Translations under genes and position numbers: made by a program
Shown: in pieces, positions 55,338 through 64,000 of the stretch
Position numbering within the stretch: position 1 is the first letter of the stretch
Layout: each line of letters begins with the position of its first letter
DNA from: Bdellovibrionales bacterium
GTDB lineage: Bacteria > Bdellovibrionota > Bdellovibrionia > Bdellovibrionales > UBA1609
Assembly: GCA_965116175.1 (NCBI GenBank)
Contig: OZ220490.1
Coordinates: 129,643-193,642, forward strand
Direction of reading: 5' to 3'
Length of the DNA stretch: 64,000 bases
Notes under the pieces: model-generated
Told to the model about the DNA's origin: nothing
Databases searched by the model: none
What the model saw: the letters and a program-made list of their open reading frames with translations, nothing else

Positions 55338-56036
55338 TTACTGTGTGCCGTCTAGCTCATGTGTTACAGTTTGTAATTGATCAATGGACCAAACATCAGT
55401 GCCTTTTAAATTGCCAACAGCTATAGCTGTAAATGCATCTTTACCAGCGCCTTTATTAAGGTTAGTAATGCCGGAATTGGCGTAATCTTTTAAACAGGTT
55501 GGGTTTGGTCCTGTTGCTGTACACCCAGTGACCTGGCAATTAGCGCTTTTTGAATATTGGGCATAAGCCGGAACAGCAGTTTCTGTTGCTGATTTACAAT
55601 TGGTGGTTGCTTCGCAAATCTCATAAATATTAGTACATTCTCCTATATTTAAACCTGTTGTTGTAAGGGGGTGATCAGATAAATAAGTATCAGTATCAGT
55701 TAAATCAGCACCTTTTCCAAAGCCAACATCATAATAATAGGCTCCTGAAGGGACAGCTCCTATTGCAATAAGATTTTCATGGTAAGTGTTCCAAGTGTCA
55801 TGAAAAGATTGCTCAGCTGTGTAGACAGAGGATAAGGAGCTTTTAGCTTCTGCGCTTCTGGTTTTGTTGGTTTGGGATTGGTATGATCTTACTCCCACTG
55901 TCGTTAAAACCCCGGCAACAGTAATTGTTGTTAAAAGCTCAACCAGGTTAAAACCTTGTTTTTTTAATAAAATACAAAAGATCCTTTGTTTTAGAAAGGG
56001 AAAAATCTTGTCAATCACCTCATACAAATTATACAA
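55338..56036 (-). CDS. Type IV pilin-like protein
   Basis: KKQGFNLVELLTTITVAGVLTTVGV has the prepilin cleavage/methylation motif with Glu at +5. The C-terminal region contains Cys pairs. Confidence 0.75.
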   Translation of the reverse strand: MYNLYEVIDKIFPFLKQRIFCILLKKQGFNLVELLTTITVAGVLTTVGVRSYQSQTNKTRSAEAKSSLSSVYTAEQSFHDTWNTYHENLIAIGAVPSGAYYYDVGFGKGADLTDTDTYLSDHPLTTTGLNIGECTNIYEICEATTNCKSATETAVPAYAQYSKSANCQVTGCTATGPNPTCLKDYANSGITNLNKGAGKDAFTAIAVGNLKGTDVWSIDQLQTVTHELDGTQ

Positions 56037-56113
56037 TATAATTTTAATTTTTCAAATAAAAAAAGTGATAATTTTCAGCTTTTATTAAAAATCATCAGAA
56101 TTTACAGCAAAAA

Positions 56114-56812
56114 ATGACTAAAATTCTTGTTTTTTTAAGCTTATGTTTCGCTTTGGCTTTCCTTGTTTTAGGACAACTGAGTTTAAAAAATGAGGAAAAA
56201 AGGGTTTTTTATTTTGCCCCTCCTGAAGTGATCCATCACTTTTCTTTAGGTTTTTCTGATCTCTATGCTGATATTTTATGGATGAGATTGATTCAGGATA
56301 TTGATTTTTGCAGTTCTAAAAAGGGAATGCCTGTTTATGATGGAAAAACAAAATATCAATGTAAAAAAGGCTGGTCTTATAAAATGACAGAAGCTATTAC
56401 AAACCTGGCGCCCTTCTTTTTAAATCCTTATGAGATTTCCGGAACTATTATGAGTGTCATTATGGGGGATAAACAGGGAGCTAAAAAAATCTATGATAAA
56501 GGAGTAAAAAATTTTCCCCACAATTGGAAGATTCATTTTAGTGCGGGCTACCACTATCTTTTAGAACTTGAGGAAAAAGAAAAGGCTGCAAAGCTTTTAT
56601 TAAAGGCGGCAAAATTGGGCGGCCCCTATTGGCTTTATGCTTTGGCCGCTAAAACTTATGGAAATTTGGGAAAGCTTTTATTATCCAGAGAAATTCTTAT
56701 ATCAGCTATTAAGAATGATATTACAGGGCAATACAAAGAGGCTTTGGAATTGAGATTGAAGAAAGTTGAACAAAGGATAAAAGAGATAAAAGAATCAGAA
56801 GGACCCCTTTAA
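56114..56812 (+). CDS. Hypothetical secreted/membrane helical-repeat protein
   Basis: 232-aa ORF with an N-terminal hydrophobic leader. TPR-like C-terminal half. Confidence 0.55.
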   Translation: MTKILVFLSLCFALAFLVLGQLSLKNEEKRVFYFAPPEVIHHFSLGFSDLYADILWMRLIQDIDFCSSKKGMPVYDGKTKYQCKKGWSYKMTEAITNLAPFFLNPYEISGTIMSVIMGDKQGAKKIYDKGVKNFPHNWKIHFSAGYHYLLELEEKEKAAKLLLKAAKLGGPYWLYALAAKTYGNLGKLLLSREILISAIKNDITGQYKEALELRLKKVEQRIKEIKESEGPL

Positions 56813-59800
56813 CCAGGCGCTTAGTTTAAAATCTTTTATTTTAGGGTTTGAAAGATTAAAAACATACTCTCCTGAAAAACCAGCTTTAAATAATATTATT
56901 GTTTCATGTAATATGTTTATATCTGATTCTATGCCTGCAAAAGGAACAAAAAAGTAATTGTATTTTTTGTTTTCTTTTTCTTTAATTGATAGAAAAGATA
57001 AACCTGCTAAAGGGGCTAGTTGTCTTAAAGCCAATGGCAATTTTAGAGGATAATAAGACCAGTTTAATGCCTTGAGGATTTGAAAGTCTAATTCATACAA
57101 ATGCTGGACATTTTGTTTAAAGCTATTGTAATGCAGAACCATAGTATCTTTATTTCTCAGTAAAAGCCTTTCCAGGTTTTGATTCTGTAAATTTCTTCTT
57201 ATAGCCCCATTGAGACTCACAAACCATTCTTCTCCTATTTCTTCAGTAAAATAGGCTTCCATTTGTCCGGACAAATGGGTTTTATAGGCTCTTGGTTTTT
57301 CTTCTATATGTCTTACACTGTAGGATAGTTTTAAGGCTCTTTTTTTATAAAAAGAATAAGCATGTTTATATTTTCTTTTAAAACTGTAATTGATTCCAGC
57401 TCCGTGTTGAATGTAATTTTTATGGGCTTTTTTAGACATATTATTAAAAAAAACAGGAAAATCTTTATTAGAATGTTTTTCATTTTGTCTTTCTTGCCCT
57501 AATTGAACATTTTTTGTAAGTGACAAGGTCCATTGATTCTTAATGATCAAGGGATAAATAAGGGCTGCTTTGAGCCTTATATCTTCTTGAAGAGCCAAAG
57601 AACTTTTACTTTTTTGTTTTTGGTTATAGGCGAAAGAAAAATCCAAAGAAGGGCGGTATTTCATATAAGTATAAGACATTTGAAATGAAAAATATTTTTG
57701 AGGTATAAAAACATTATTCAAAGAGAATTGATTAAATCTGAGTGGATCCATAAATTGAACTTTAGACAAAAAATGAAGATTGTAATTTTTGTTTAAAGGC
57801 CAAATCCAAGCATAAAAAGTTATAGGTTGTAGAGAAAGATTACTTAAGGAGTTATAAGTGTTATGCTTCCATTGTTTTTGGAAATGTTCTTTTTCTATAA
57901 TTTGAAAAAGCTCTTCTTCTGGCGAAGCGCTGTTTTGCGCCATTGCAGTGTTTGCTTCAGAATAATTTTCTTCAGTTGTCTGTGTTGTGTTTTCGAGTTC
58001 AATTTGCTGTTCATCTAATGCATTTAAAAGCGCTAACTCAAATTCAGAATCTTCCTCTGTGTCTTCAAAATTAGGGATATTTTGCTCTTCATCATTTAAA
58101 GCTGTGGGTTTTAAAGTGTTTTCCTGTTCTTGTTCCAGGTTTACAGGTAAAACCTTTGCTTTTTCTTCAAAGAGATTGTCCTTTTCAAAGGAGTAAGTGT
58201 AAAGAAAGGGCTGTTCTGGAGTCTTTTGTGTTTGAATGATTTTGTATTCATGGTGTGTAGGTCCGATTTCAGACACCATAAACTCATTGTTTTTAATTTT
58301 TCTGGCATAGCTGATGGTATCAGACTCGCTAAGACGGGAAACACCAAAATCCTCCTCATAAATGAAAAGGCTGGAGCCATATTCAGTAGCTCCTATAAAA
58401 TACAAACCCTCTTCATCAGCTTCCACAGGGTAGGAGAAATAGGATTTAAAACTAAAGAGTGGGACTTTGTCTCTGTAAAGTGTCCTTATACCTTTGTTTT
58501 GTTTGAAGTAATAAACTCTGCCCAGATGATCCATAATGGCTGAGGAAGCAGTTGTGTCATAAAAGGCTCCATTGACCAAAAGAGAGTTTTGACTGTGGCT
58601 TTGTCTTGTATCCAAAGAGATGTATTTGTTTCCATAAAAGTCCATAATGTGTTGAGAGTTGTATTTTTTAACCGGTTTGAAACCCGTTTTAAATAAGGAA
58701 TATTCAGTGGAGAAACTTCCCGTTTTTCCATATCCTGAAGAATAATATTCACCCTTTCTATAAAAGACTTTTCCATGGGGAAATTTTTTTTTTCGCTTCT
58801 GTATATTTTTTGTTTCCTTGTCAAAAAGAATAAGATAGGGCGGGGATTTTTCATCATAGGTCAAAAAGTAAATTTTATCTTTATTGCTGTTTATAGGCGC
58901 ATACACTTTGCTTTTAAGAAGAGTTTTTTCTGAAGAGGAAATTTGTTTTTCCGCCAGAGGAGCATAATGTTGTTTATAATCCTCAAACAGGGATTCAATG
59001 CCTTTTCCAAAAGCTTTTTTTGAGGATAAGTCTAAACCATAAAAGTCCCAAGGGAAGGAATGACCACTTTTAGAAAAAAAATGATTGGATTTTTTTTCCT
59101 TGTATTTGGAATGAAGGTAAGCAAAAAAATACCCTCCATGAAGATATTTTTCTATAATAGAATATGAATCATTATAAGGTCTTAAAAGCCGCTTTAAGGA
59201 AAAACCTTGTTTAAGTTGTGAGAGAACAAAAGCCCTGACCCAGCCGCTAAAAAGCCGCCCGCCAGAGCCATAGATGGATTCATTTAAAATGGCGCTTCCT
59301 TCCAGAACGAAGCGACTCAACATGATATTTCTATGAGAAAAAATATCAAATAACATGGCCCACCAAAGTCCACGATCCCATGTTGAATTTTGTGAGAACT
59401 GGTAAAGGTGAGTCATTTCATGGATCAGTGAATCCTGAGACCAATGGAAAACAGACCATTGATCCATGAAATAAGCTCCAAAAGAGGGGTGCATAACAAT
59501 ATTAAAAGGGCGTATACCAAGGGAGGGAAACATGGTAGTATAAGCCATAGGGGTTTGTGTTTGAGAAGATAAAAAAACAATGGATCGTTGTTTAAAATAG
59601 GGTCGGTTTTGGAAAACTTTTGAAAACCTAATATCTATTTGCTTTATATAATCTGATAAAAAGGGAGCAAACTCTTTAAAATCTTCACTATAAATGAGAC
59701 TTAAATTTTTAAAAACAGGAGTGTTGTAATAGAATGTATCTTTTTTTAAAAAACCAAGACTTTTCAGCCTGTTGCTTTTATATGGAAAAGCTTCATCTTC

Positions 59801-59866
59801 GGTTTTAGCTTTCAAAGGGAAAAGGGTTATACAAAAAATAAGAAGACAGCTTTTAAGAAATGCCAT
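56795..59866 (-). CDS. Large (1023-aa) secreted protein with an HExxH motif and an OMP-like C-terminus
   Basis: Signal peptide. SLIHEMTHLYQF is a possible zincin motif. The C-terminal third has alternating beta-strand-like sequence and ends in ...KLSAWLKGSF (terminal aromatic). Confidence 0.65.
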   Translation of the reverse strand: MAFLKSCLLIFCITLFPLKAKTEDEAFPYKSNRLKSLGFLKKDTFYYNTPVFKNLSLIYSEDFKEFAPFLSDYIKQIDIRFSKVFQNRPYFKQRSIVFLSSQTQTPMAYTTMFPSLGIRPFNIVMHPSFGAYFMDQWSVFHWSQDSLIHEMTHLYQFSQNSTWDRGLWWAMLFDIFSHRNIMLSRFVLEGSAILNESIYGSGGRLFSGWVRAFVLSQLKQGFSLKRLLRPYNDSYSIIEKYLHGGYFFAYLHSKYKEKKSNHFFSKSGHSFPWDFYGLDLSSKKAFGKGIESLFEDYKQHYAPLAEKQISSSEKTLLKSKVYAPINSNKDKIYFLTYDEKSPPYLILFDKETKNIQKRKKKFPHGKVFYRKGEYYSSGYGKTGSFSTEYSLFKTGFKPVKKYNSQHIMDFYGNKYISLDTRQSHSQNSLLVNGAFYDTTASSAIMDHLGRVYYFKQNKGIRTLYRDKVPLFSFKSYFSYPVEADEEGLYFIGATEYGSSLFIYEEDFGVSRLSESDTISYARKIKNNEFMVSEIGPTHHEYKIIQTQKTPEQPFLYTYSFEKDNLFEEKAKVLPVNLEQEQENTLKPTALNDEEQNIPNFEDTEEDSEFELALLNALDEQQIELENTTQTTEENYSEANTAMAQNSASPEEELFQIIEKEHFQKQWKHNTYNSLSNLSLQPITFYAWIWPLNKNYNLHFLSKVQFMDPLRFNQFSLNNVFIPQKYFSFQMSYTYMKYRPSLDFSFAYNQKQKSKSSLALQEDIRLKAALIYPLIIKNQWTLSLTKNVQLGQERQNEKHSNKDFPVFFNNMSKKAHKNYIQHGAGINYSFKRKYKHAYSFYKKRALKLSYSVRHIEEKPRAYKTHLSGQMEAYFTEEIGEEWFVSLNGAIRRNLQNQNLERLLLRNKDTMVLHYNSFKQNVQHLYELDFQILKALNWSYYPLKLPLALRQLAPLAGLSFLSIKEKENKKYNYFFVPFAGIESDINILHETIILFKAGFSGEYVFNLSNPKIKDFKLSAWLKGSF

Positions 59867-59991
59867 TGTTCATTCAAAGTTGTTGTATTTTACAATTTTC
59901 AAAAATTTAAGCTCTTTTTGCATAAGTAAAATTCTATGGATTGAAAGTGCTATTTTAGCCCTGCGAATTATGGCCTATTTTTCAAATGCAT

Positions 59992-61338
59992 TTAATAAGG
60001 ATTATTTTTCATATAAGTCCTAATGTCTACATTTTCTTTTTTACTCAAATAAAGTGTGGCAATGGAATCTCCTGTCACATTGACAACAGTTCGCCCCATG
60101 TCCATAAGGCGATCCACTCCAAGGATAATAGCAATCCCTTCAGCAGGAATACCAAGAACCACTATGGATGACATGAGTATAGGAATTGAACCGCCTGGCA
60201 CCCCTGCCACACCAACAGAAGTGATAAAAACAATGGCGACTAACAGTATAAGACTTGTTATATTTAGGGGCACACCAAAAATCTGAGCTATAAATAAAGC
60301 CGCCGCTACTTCAAATAGAGCTGTTCCGTCCATATTTACAGTAACACCAATGGGAATGGAAAAGCTGACTATTCTTCTTGGAGCGCCAAATCTTTTTTCC
60401 AAAGTGTCCATAGTTACAGGCATAGTAGCGCTGCTGGAACTTGTACTGAAAGCTGTTGAAAACACAGGAATCATTCTTGCAAAAAATGATATGATAGGTA
60501 TTTTGACAAGAAATTTTAAAAAGAGACTATAAGTCCCAAACATATGCAACAGCATTCCTGATGTCATAACAAGCATATAAGCGAGCATACTTTTCATTAA
60601 GTCCAGTCCAAATTCTGAAAATGAAATAGCCAGAAGGGCGGCTACAGCAAAGGGAGCTGTTTTCATAATCCATTTGATAATCAAAACACACAGGCTGGAT
60701 AAGGTAGACATAAAACCAATGAAGGATTCTTTGGGCGGCGCATTGGGCAGATAAAGAAGAGCCAGACCAAATAAGAGGGAGACAAAAATTACAGCAAGGA
60801 TGTTGTTTCTGCCAAATTGATCAATAATATTTCTTGGAACAATTTTTGTTAAAATTCCCGGCCAAAGCGAATTGCCCACCATGGAGCTTTTTTCCTTCAT
60901 GGAGGACATTTTTTCCTTCATACTTATAGCCGCTTGTTCAGCCTTGGCTTTGGAGATGTTTTCCCCTGGTTTGATTGTTCCCATAAGTACCTGACCTATA
61001 AAAATAGCAATAAAGGTGCTGACAGAATAAAATACAATAAGTCTTGTACTTAAACGGCCTACAGAGGCTGGATTGCTCATATCAGCAATACCCACAATCA
61101 AGGAGCTGAAAACCAGGGGTACAATAATCATAAATAGGGATTGGAGAAAAACATTGCCCACCGGATAAAAAATATTATCTATAATTTGTTCAGCAACAGG
61201 GCCATAAGCAGGATGAGTTTTAAAATAATTAAATAACAAACCGATAAAACTTCCTACAATCAAGCCAATAAAAATCCCCCAGCCTTGTAATATTCTTGAT
61301 GACGGCATTATGCCCCCCTTTCTTTTATTGTGAGTCAC
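59992..61338 (-). CDS. Dicarboxylate/amino acid:cation symporter (DAACS family)
   Basis: TAFSTSSSSATMPV, VNMDGTAL and GVPGGS are blocks typical of GltP/SstT-type carriers. Confidence 0.85.
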   Translation of the reverse strand: MTHNKRKGGIMPSSRILQGWGIFIGLIVGSFIGLLFNYFKTHPAYGPVAEQIIDNIFYPVGNVFLQSLFMIIVPLVFSSLIVGIADMSNPASVGRLSTRLIVFYSVSTFIAIFIGQVLMGTIKPGENISKAKAEQAAISMKEKMSSMKEKSSMVGNSLWPGILTKIVPRNIIDQFGRNNILAVIFVSLLFGLALLYLPNAPPKESFIGFMSTLSSLCVLIIKWIMKTAPFAVAALLAISFSEFGLDLMKSMLAYMLVMTSGMLLHMFGTYSLFLKFLVKIPIISFFARMIPVFSTAFSTSSSSATMPVTMDTLEKRFGAPRRIVSFSIPIGVTVNMDGTALFEVAAALFIAQIFGVPLNITSLILLVAIVFITSVGVAGVPGGSIPILMSSIVVLGIPAEGIAIILGVDRLMDMGRTVVNVTGDSIATLYLSKKENVDIRTYMKNNPY

Positions 61339-61872
61339 AAAAATTTATCTGCCAAAAAGTAAAATTGGTTTTTTGTCAAAACACATGAAACAAGCTTATC
61401 ATAGCGACTTGTTTGCAATTGTAAGTTTTTAGCAGACTTCACTTATAAAGTGTCTTTGAATTTTTTATTTGTTTCAAGCTTAAAATTCTCTTTAATTGAT
61501 AGATCGGGCTTCTTCATCCCGACATCATATCATTTTTATCTATCTGCTTGCGCAGATTCAGGGGGACCTATTTTTGAGAAAGAGGAGCCGTATTTGCAAA
61601 AATGGAAACATTTCAAATTTATAAATTTTGGCCTGTAGCTTATTATTCTTAATGAAATTTGAGTTAAACAGGAATTGAGCAATTTTTTTCAGTTAAAGAT
61701 CAATACCAATCATTTATTGGCGTAAGTTTGTAATTTTTACACAAAATTTCATAAATTTGACATATTGGAAAAAGTTTTGTAATGTTTCTTAACAGGTTAG
61801 CGGTTAGCCTATTGGCTTGGTTAAAAGTTTAAAACCTAAAAAATTAATATTTAAAGAAAGGATTTAGCCACT

Positions 61873-62331
61873 ATGAGTGAAAATCTGACAGGGAAATCTG
61901 CAGAGCAGCCCTATGCAGCTATTTTTCCTATAAATAAGTATGAATCTGTTATGGAGGAAGAGGATATGGTGAATCTCAACAGTATGAAAAATATACTGGA
62001 TGCAGAAGAATCACAATATCCTGACTTTGCTCTTGCTAAAAACAAGGCCAGATTTAAAAAGAAGCTTGTTTGGTATAAAAGTAAGAAAGACTGGCTGGAT
62101 ATAGCCCCTATTCAAAAGATAAACAAATTATTTAAACAACAGACAAGAGAGCTTGAATCCATCCGGGCCAGTAAAATGGATTATGAAATGGAGCTGGAAA
62201 CAGCTTCTTTAACTCCAAGTCAGAGGTCTTATCGTAAGGATGAGCTTAAAATGTGCCGTGCTCATGAAAAAATGGCCATACAGCTTATTAGCAAAATGCA
62301 GCTTAAATTTAAGTCTCAGTCCAGAAAGTAG
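61873..62331 (+). CDS. Hypothetical protein
   Basis: 152-aa charged ORF preceded by AAGGA. No family recognised. Confidence 0.45.
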   Translation: MSENLTGKSAEQPYAAIFPINKYESVMEEEDMVNLNSMKNILDAEESQYPDFALAKNKARFKKKLVWYKSKKDWLDIAPIQKINKLFKQQTRELESIRASKMDYEMELETASLTPSQRSYRKDELKMCRAHEKMAIQLISKMQLKFKSQSRK

Positions 62332-62603
62332 TTTTTTTTAAAGTTATTGCTTAAATTCCAGCAAAAACTATAAAAATTTAAGGCTCTGTTGTAAACCAAA
62401 AGCATTGCCAATTTGAGATATTTTGAGGCTTTAAAATAGTCCAGCCAAACATGGCTAGCCAGTCATCTTTATATTTGCCTATATTTAAGTTAGTTTTTAC
62501 ATATAAATTTGATGACATAATTTTTTAAGATTCAATCTTCATTTTTTTGAGGAAGCGTCCGATAGGTTAGGCATACTACATAAATGCAAATAAGGAGTAA
62601 TAT

Positions 62604-63056
62604 ATGTCTAAAATCCAGGGCAATGAAATTCAAGTTCATAATAGCAAGGAGCTAATTACTAAACCCAAAATTGCTTTTATAGGGAAAAATAAAATTCTTA
62701 ATAAAAAAGTGCGGAAATTTGCCAAGGACAATAACCTTAGGTATTTTCACTATTCTGAGGAGGAATGGGTTACTTTAGAGGAGATTGATCAATACATTCA
62801 GGAAGAAGAGCTTTCAAAACAGATTGTTGATCTTCCTTTTGGGAAAAGGACAGTCTCTTCATTGAGTGAAATGGAAGCTAAAACAATTAAAAAAGTTGTT
62901 GAAAGTTCTGGAGGCAATATGAAGAAAGCCGCCCGCGTCTTAAAGATAGCAAGAGCTACACTTTACAGAAAAATTGAAAAATACGGCCTGAATTTAAAGA
63001 AACGCAAAGAAAAGCAATTTAAACAACAGGAAAAAGACTTTAAAAAAGCGGCTTAA
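62604..63056 (+). CDS. Small DNA-binding protein with a C-terminal Fis-type HTH
   Basis: GGNMKKAARVLKIARATLYRKIEKYGL is a Fis/NtrC-type HTH_8. AAGGAG RBS. Confidence 0.65.
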   Translation: MSKIQGNEIQVHNSKELITKPKIAFIGKNKILNKKVRKFAKDNNLRYFHYSEEEWVTLEEIDQYIQEEELSKQIVDLPFGKRTVSSLSEMEAKTIKKVVESSGGNMKKAARVLKIARATLYRKIEKYGLNLKKRKEKQFKQQEKDFKKAA

Positions 63057-64000
63057 AATTGTTTTTTTTGGGAATGTTTCTTTTTAGCTGATAAAAAGCA
63101 TTGATCAATTCCTTTTTGAAAAGTCACAATAAGATCCGGCATGTTTTTCTTTCGGAGTTGTCTTTTGGCTATCCTGAACTTTCTTAAATAATTTCCATCA
63201 GTAAGTTGGCAGGCATTTAAAAAATGTGTGTATGATTTTTCCTCTTCTCCATTATCAAAAAGGAATTGGGCCATAATTTGATTAAGTGTTATATTTTCAG
63301 GCTGAAGAATATAGGCAGAATTAAAATAGGTTGTAGCTACTTTGGGGTCTTTATCCATAAAAAAAAGCGCTGTTTTATATTGAACAAGAAAAGATTCTTT
63401 GAATTTTTTAGCTACTGCCAAAAGCTCTTTATTTGTTCTTTTAATGTTTTTTCTGCTGAGAGCCAGTATTAATGGGCTTATGGGGTCATTTGGGTTTTTT
63501 TGAACAGACTTTGTACAGGCTTTTCGGCTTTGTTTTATGAAGTTATTATCATAATAGGCTTTACACAACTGAATGTAGTATTTGTTTTTTTTGAATGTCC
63601 TTAGCATATCCATTGCTACAGATAAAGATTCTTTTGTATGAATTTTCTCTTTTGTTTTTGGATTTTCAGTCATAAGTATATCCATTAAGCTCTCATAGGC
63701 TAAAGTGTGTTTTGGATTTATTTTTAAAGCCTGGTTAAAATTTGTAATGGATTTTTCTTTGTTTTCCTTTTTATCTTCTTCTTCATTTAGATAAAGATGT
63801 TTATGAGCCATTCCAAGAAGATAAAAGGCTTCTGGATTATTTGAATAATTGACAGAAAGAATATTTAAAACTTTTGTTTGATTTATAAAATCTTTTTTTT
63901 CTTTATAGACTGTTGCAAGAAGCTTTAAGGTTTCAAAATTAGCTTCACTATAGAGAGAATTTTCCAAAAATCGGACAGCTTTTGCATATTCTTTGGAGTT
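63053..64000 (-). CDS. TPR-repeat protein, 5' end beyond the right edge
   Basis: The frame stays open to nt 64000 (...NSKEYAKAVRFLENSLY...). The track's M at 63967 is an internal TTG. Confidence 0.7.
   Translation of the reverse strand, partial: NSKEYAKAVRFLENSLYSEANFETLKLLATVYKEKKDFINQTKVLNILSVNYSNNPEAFYLLGMAHKHLYLNEEEDKKENKEKSITNFNQALKINPKHTLAYESLMDILMTENPKTKEKIHTKESLSVAMDMLRTFKKNKYYIQLCKAYYDNNFIKQSRKACTKSVQKNPNDPISPLILALSRKNIKRTNKELLAVAKKFKESFLVQYKTALFFMDKDPKVATTYFNSAYILQPENITLNQIMAQFLFDNGEEEKSYTHFLNACQLTDGNYLRKFRIAKRQLRKKNMPDLIVTFQKGIDQCFLSAKKKHSQKKQF

Noticed and set aside
62540-62603. Sigma-28-like -10 (CCGATA) upstream of the Fis-type HTH gene
   Set aside because: It is a single partial hexamer without a convincing TAAA -35 at the right spacing, which is too weak to report.

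Overview
AT-rich (roughly one-third G+C by eye) chromosomal segment from a Gram-negative-type bacterium. The lineage cannot be fixed from sequence alone; a Bdellovibrionota/Oligoflexia-like origin is only a guess. Core genes I can support: smpB, a GshA-type glutamate-cysteine ligase, fused ccsBA, T2SS pseudopilins including gspG, cutA, alr, purH, a dcw-cluster end (murB-ddl-ftsQ-ftsA-ftsZ), a DAACS transporter, a Flp/TadE-like pilin cluster and a type IV pilin. The main accessory region is about 14.4-26.3 kb and abuts the 3' end of tRNA-Pro(GGG). It holds three decaying copies of an att-arm repeat, so it looks like tandem accretion of related integrative elements. It also holds a frameshifted tyrosine integrase with an IS1595 copy (8-bp target duplication) in its last codons, an Xis-like HTH, RhuM and two DNA methyltransferases. 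The most interesting item there is a tight four-gene operon: XRE HTH, a nuclease-SF2 helicase, a short beta-class methyltransferase and an OLD-type ATPase/Toprim nuclease. I cannot assign this operon to a named defence system. Other notable observations: (1) an 89-bp tandem array that copies the ccsBA 3' end and keeps three intact, stop/start-overlapping 29-aa mini-ORFs; (2) two copies of a conserved long-hairpin intergenic element, a candidate ncRNA; (3) a roughly 20-nt intergenic motif present about 18 times; (4) three tandem secreted-protein paralogs separated by conserved spacers full of pseudo-3'-end fragments; (5) repeat-bearing proteins, including FtsZ. No CRISPR array, rRNA or tmRNA was seen.
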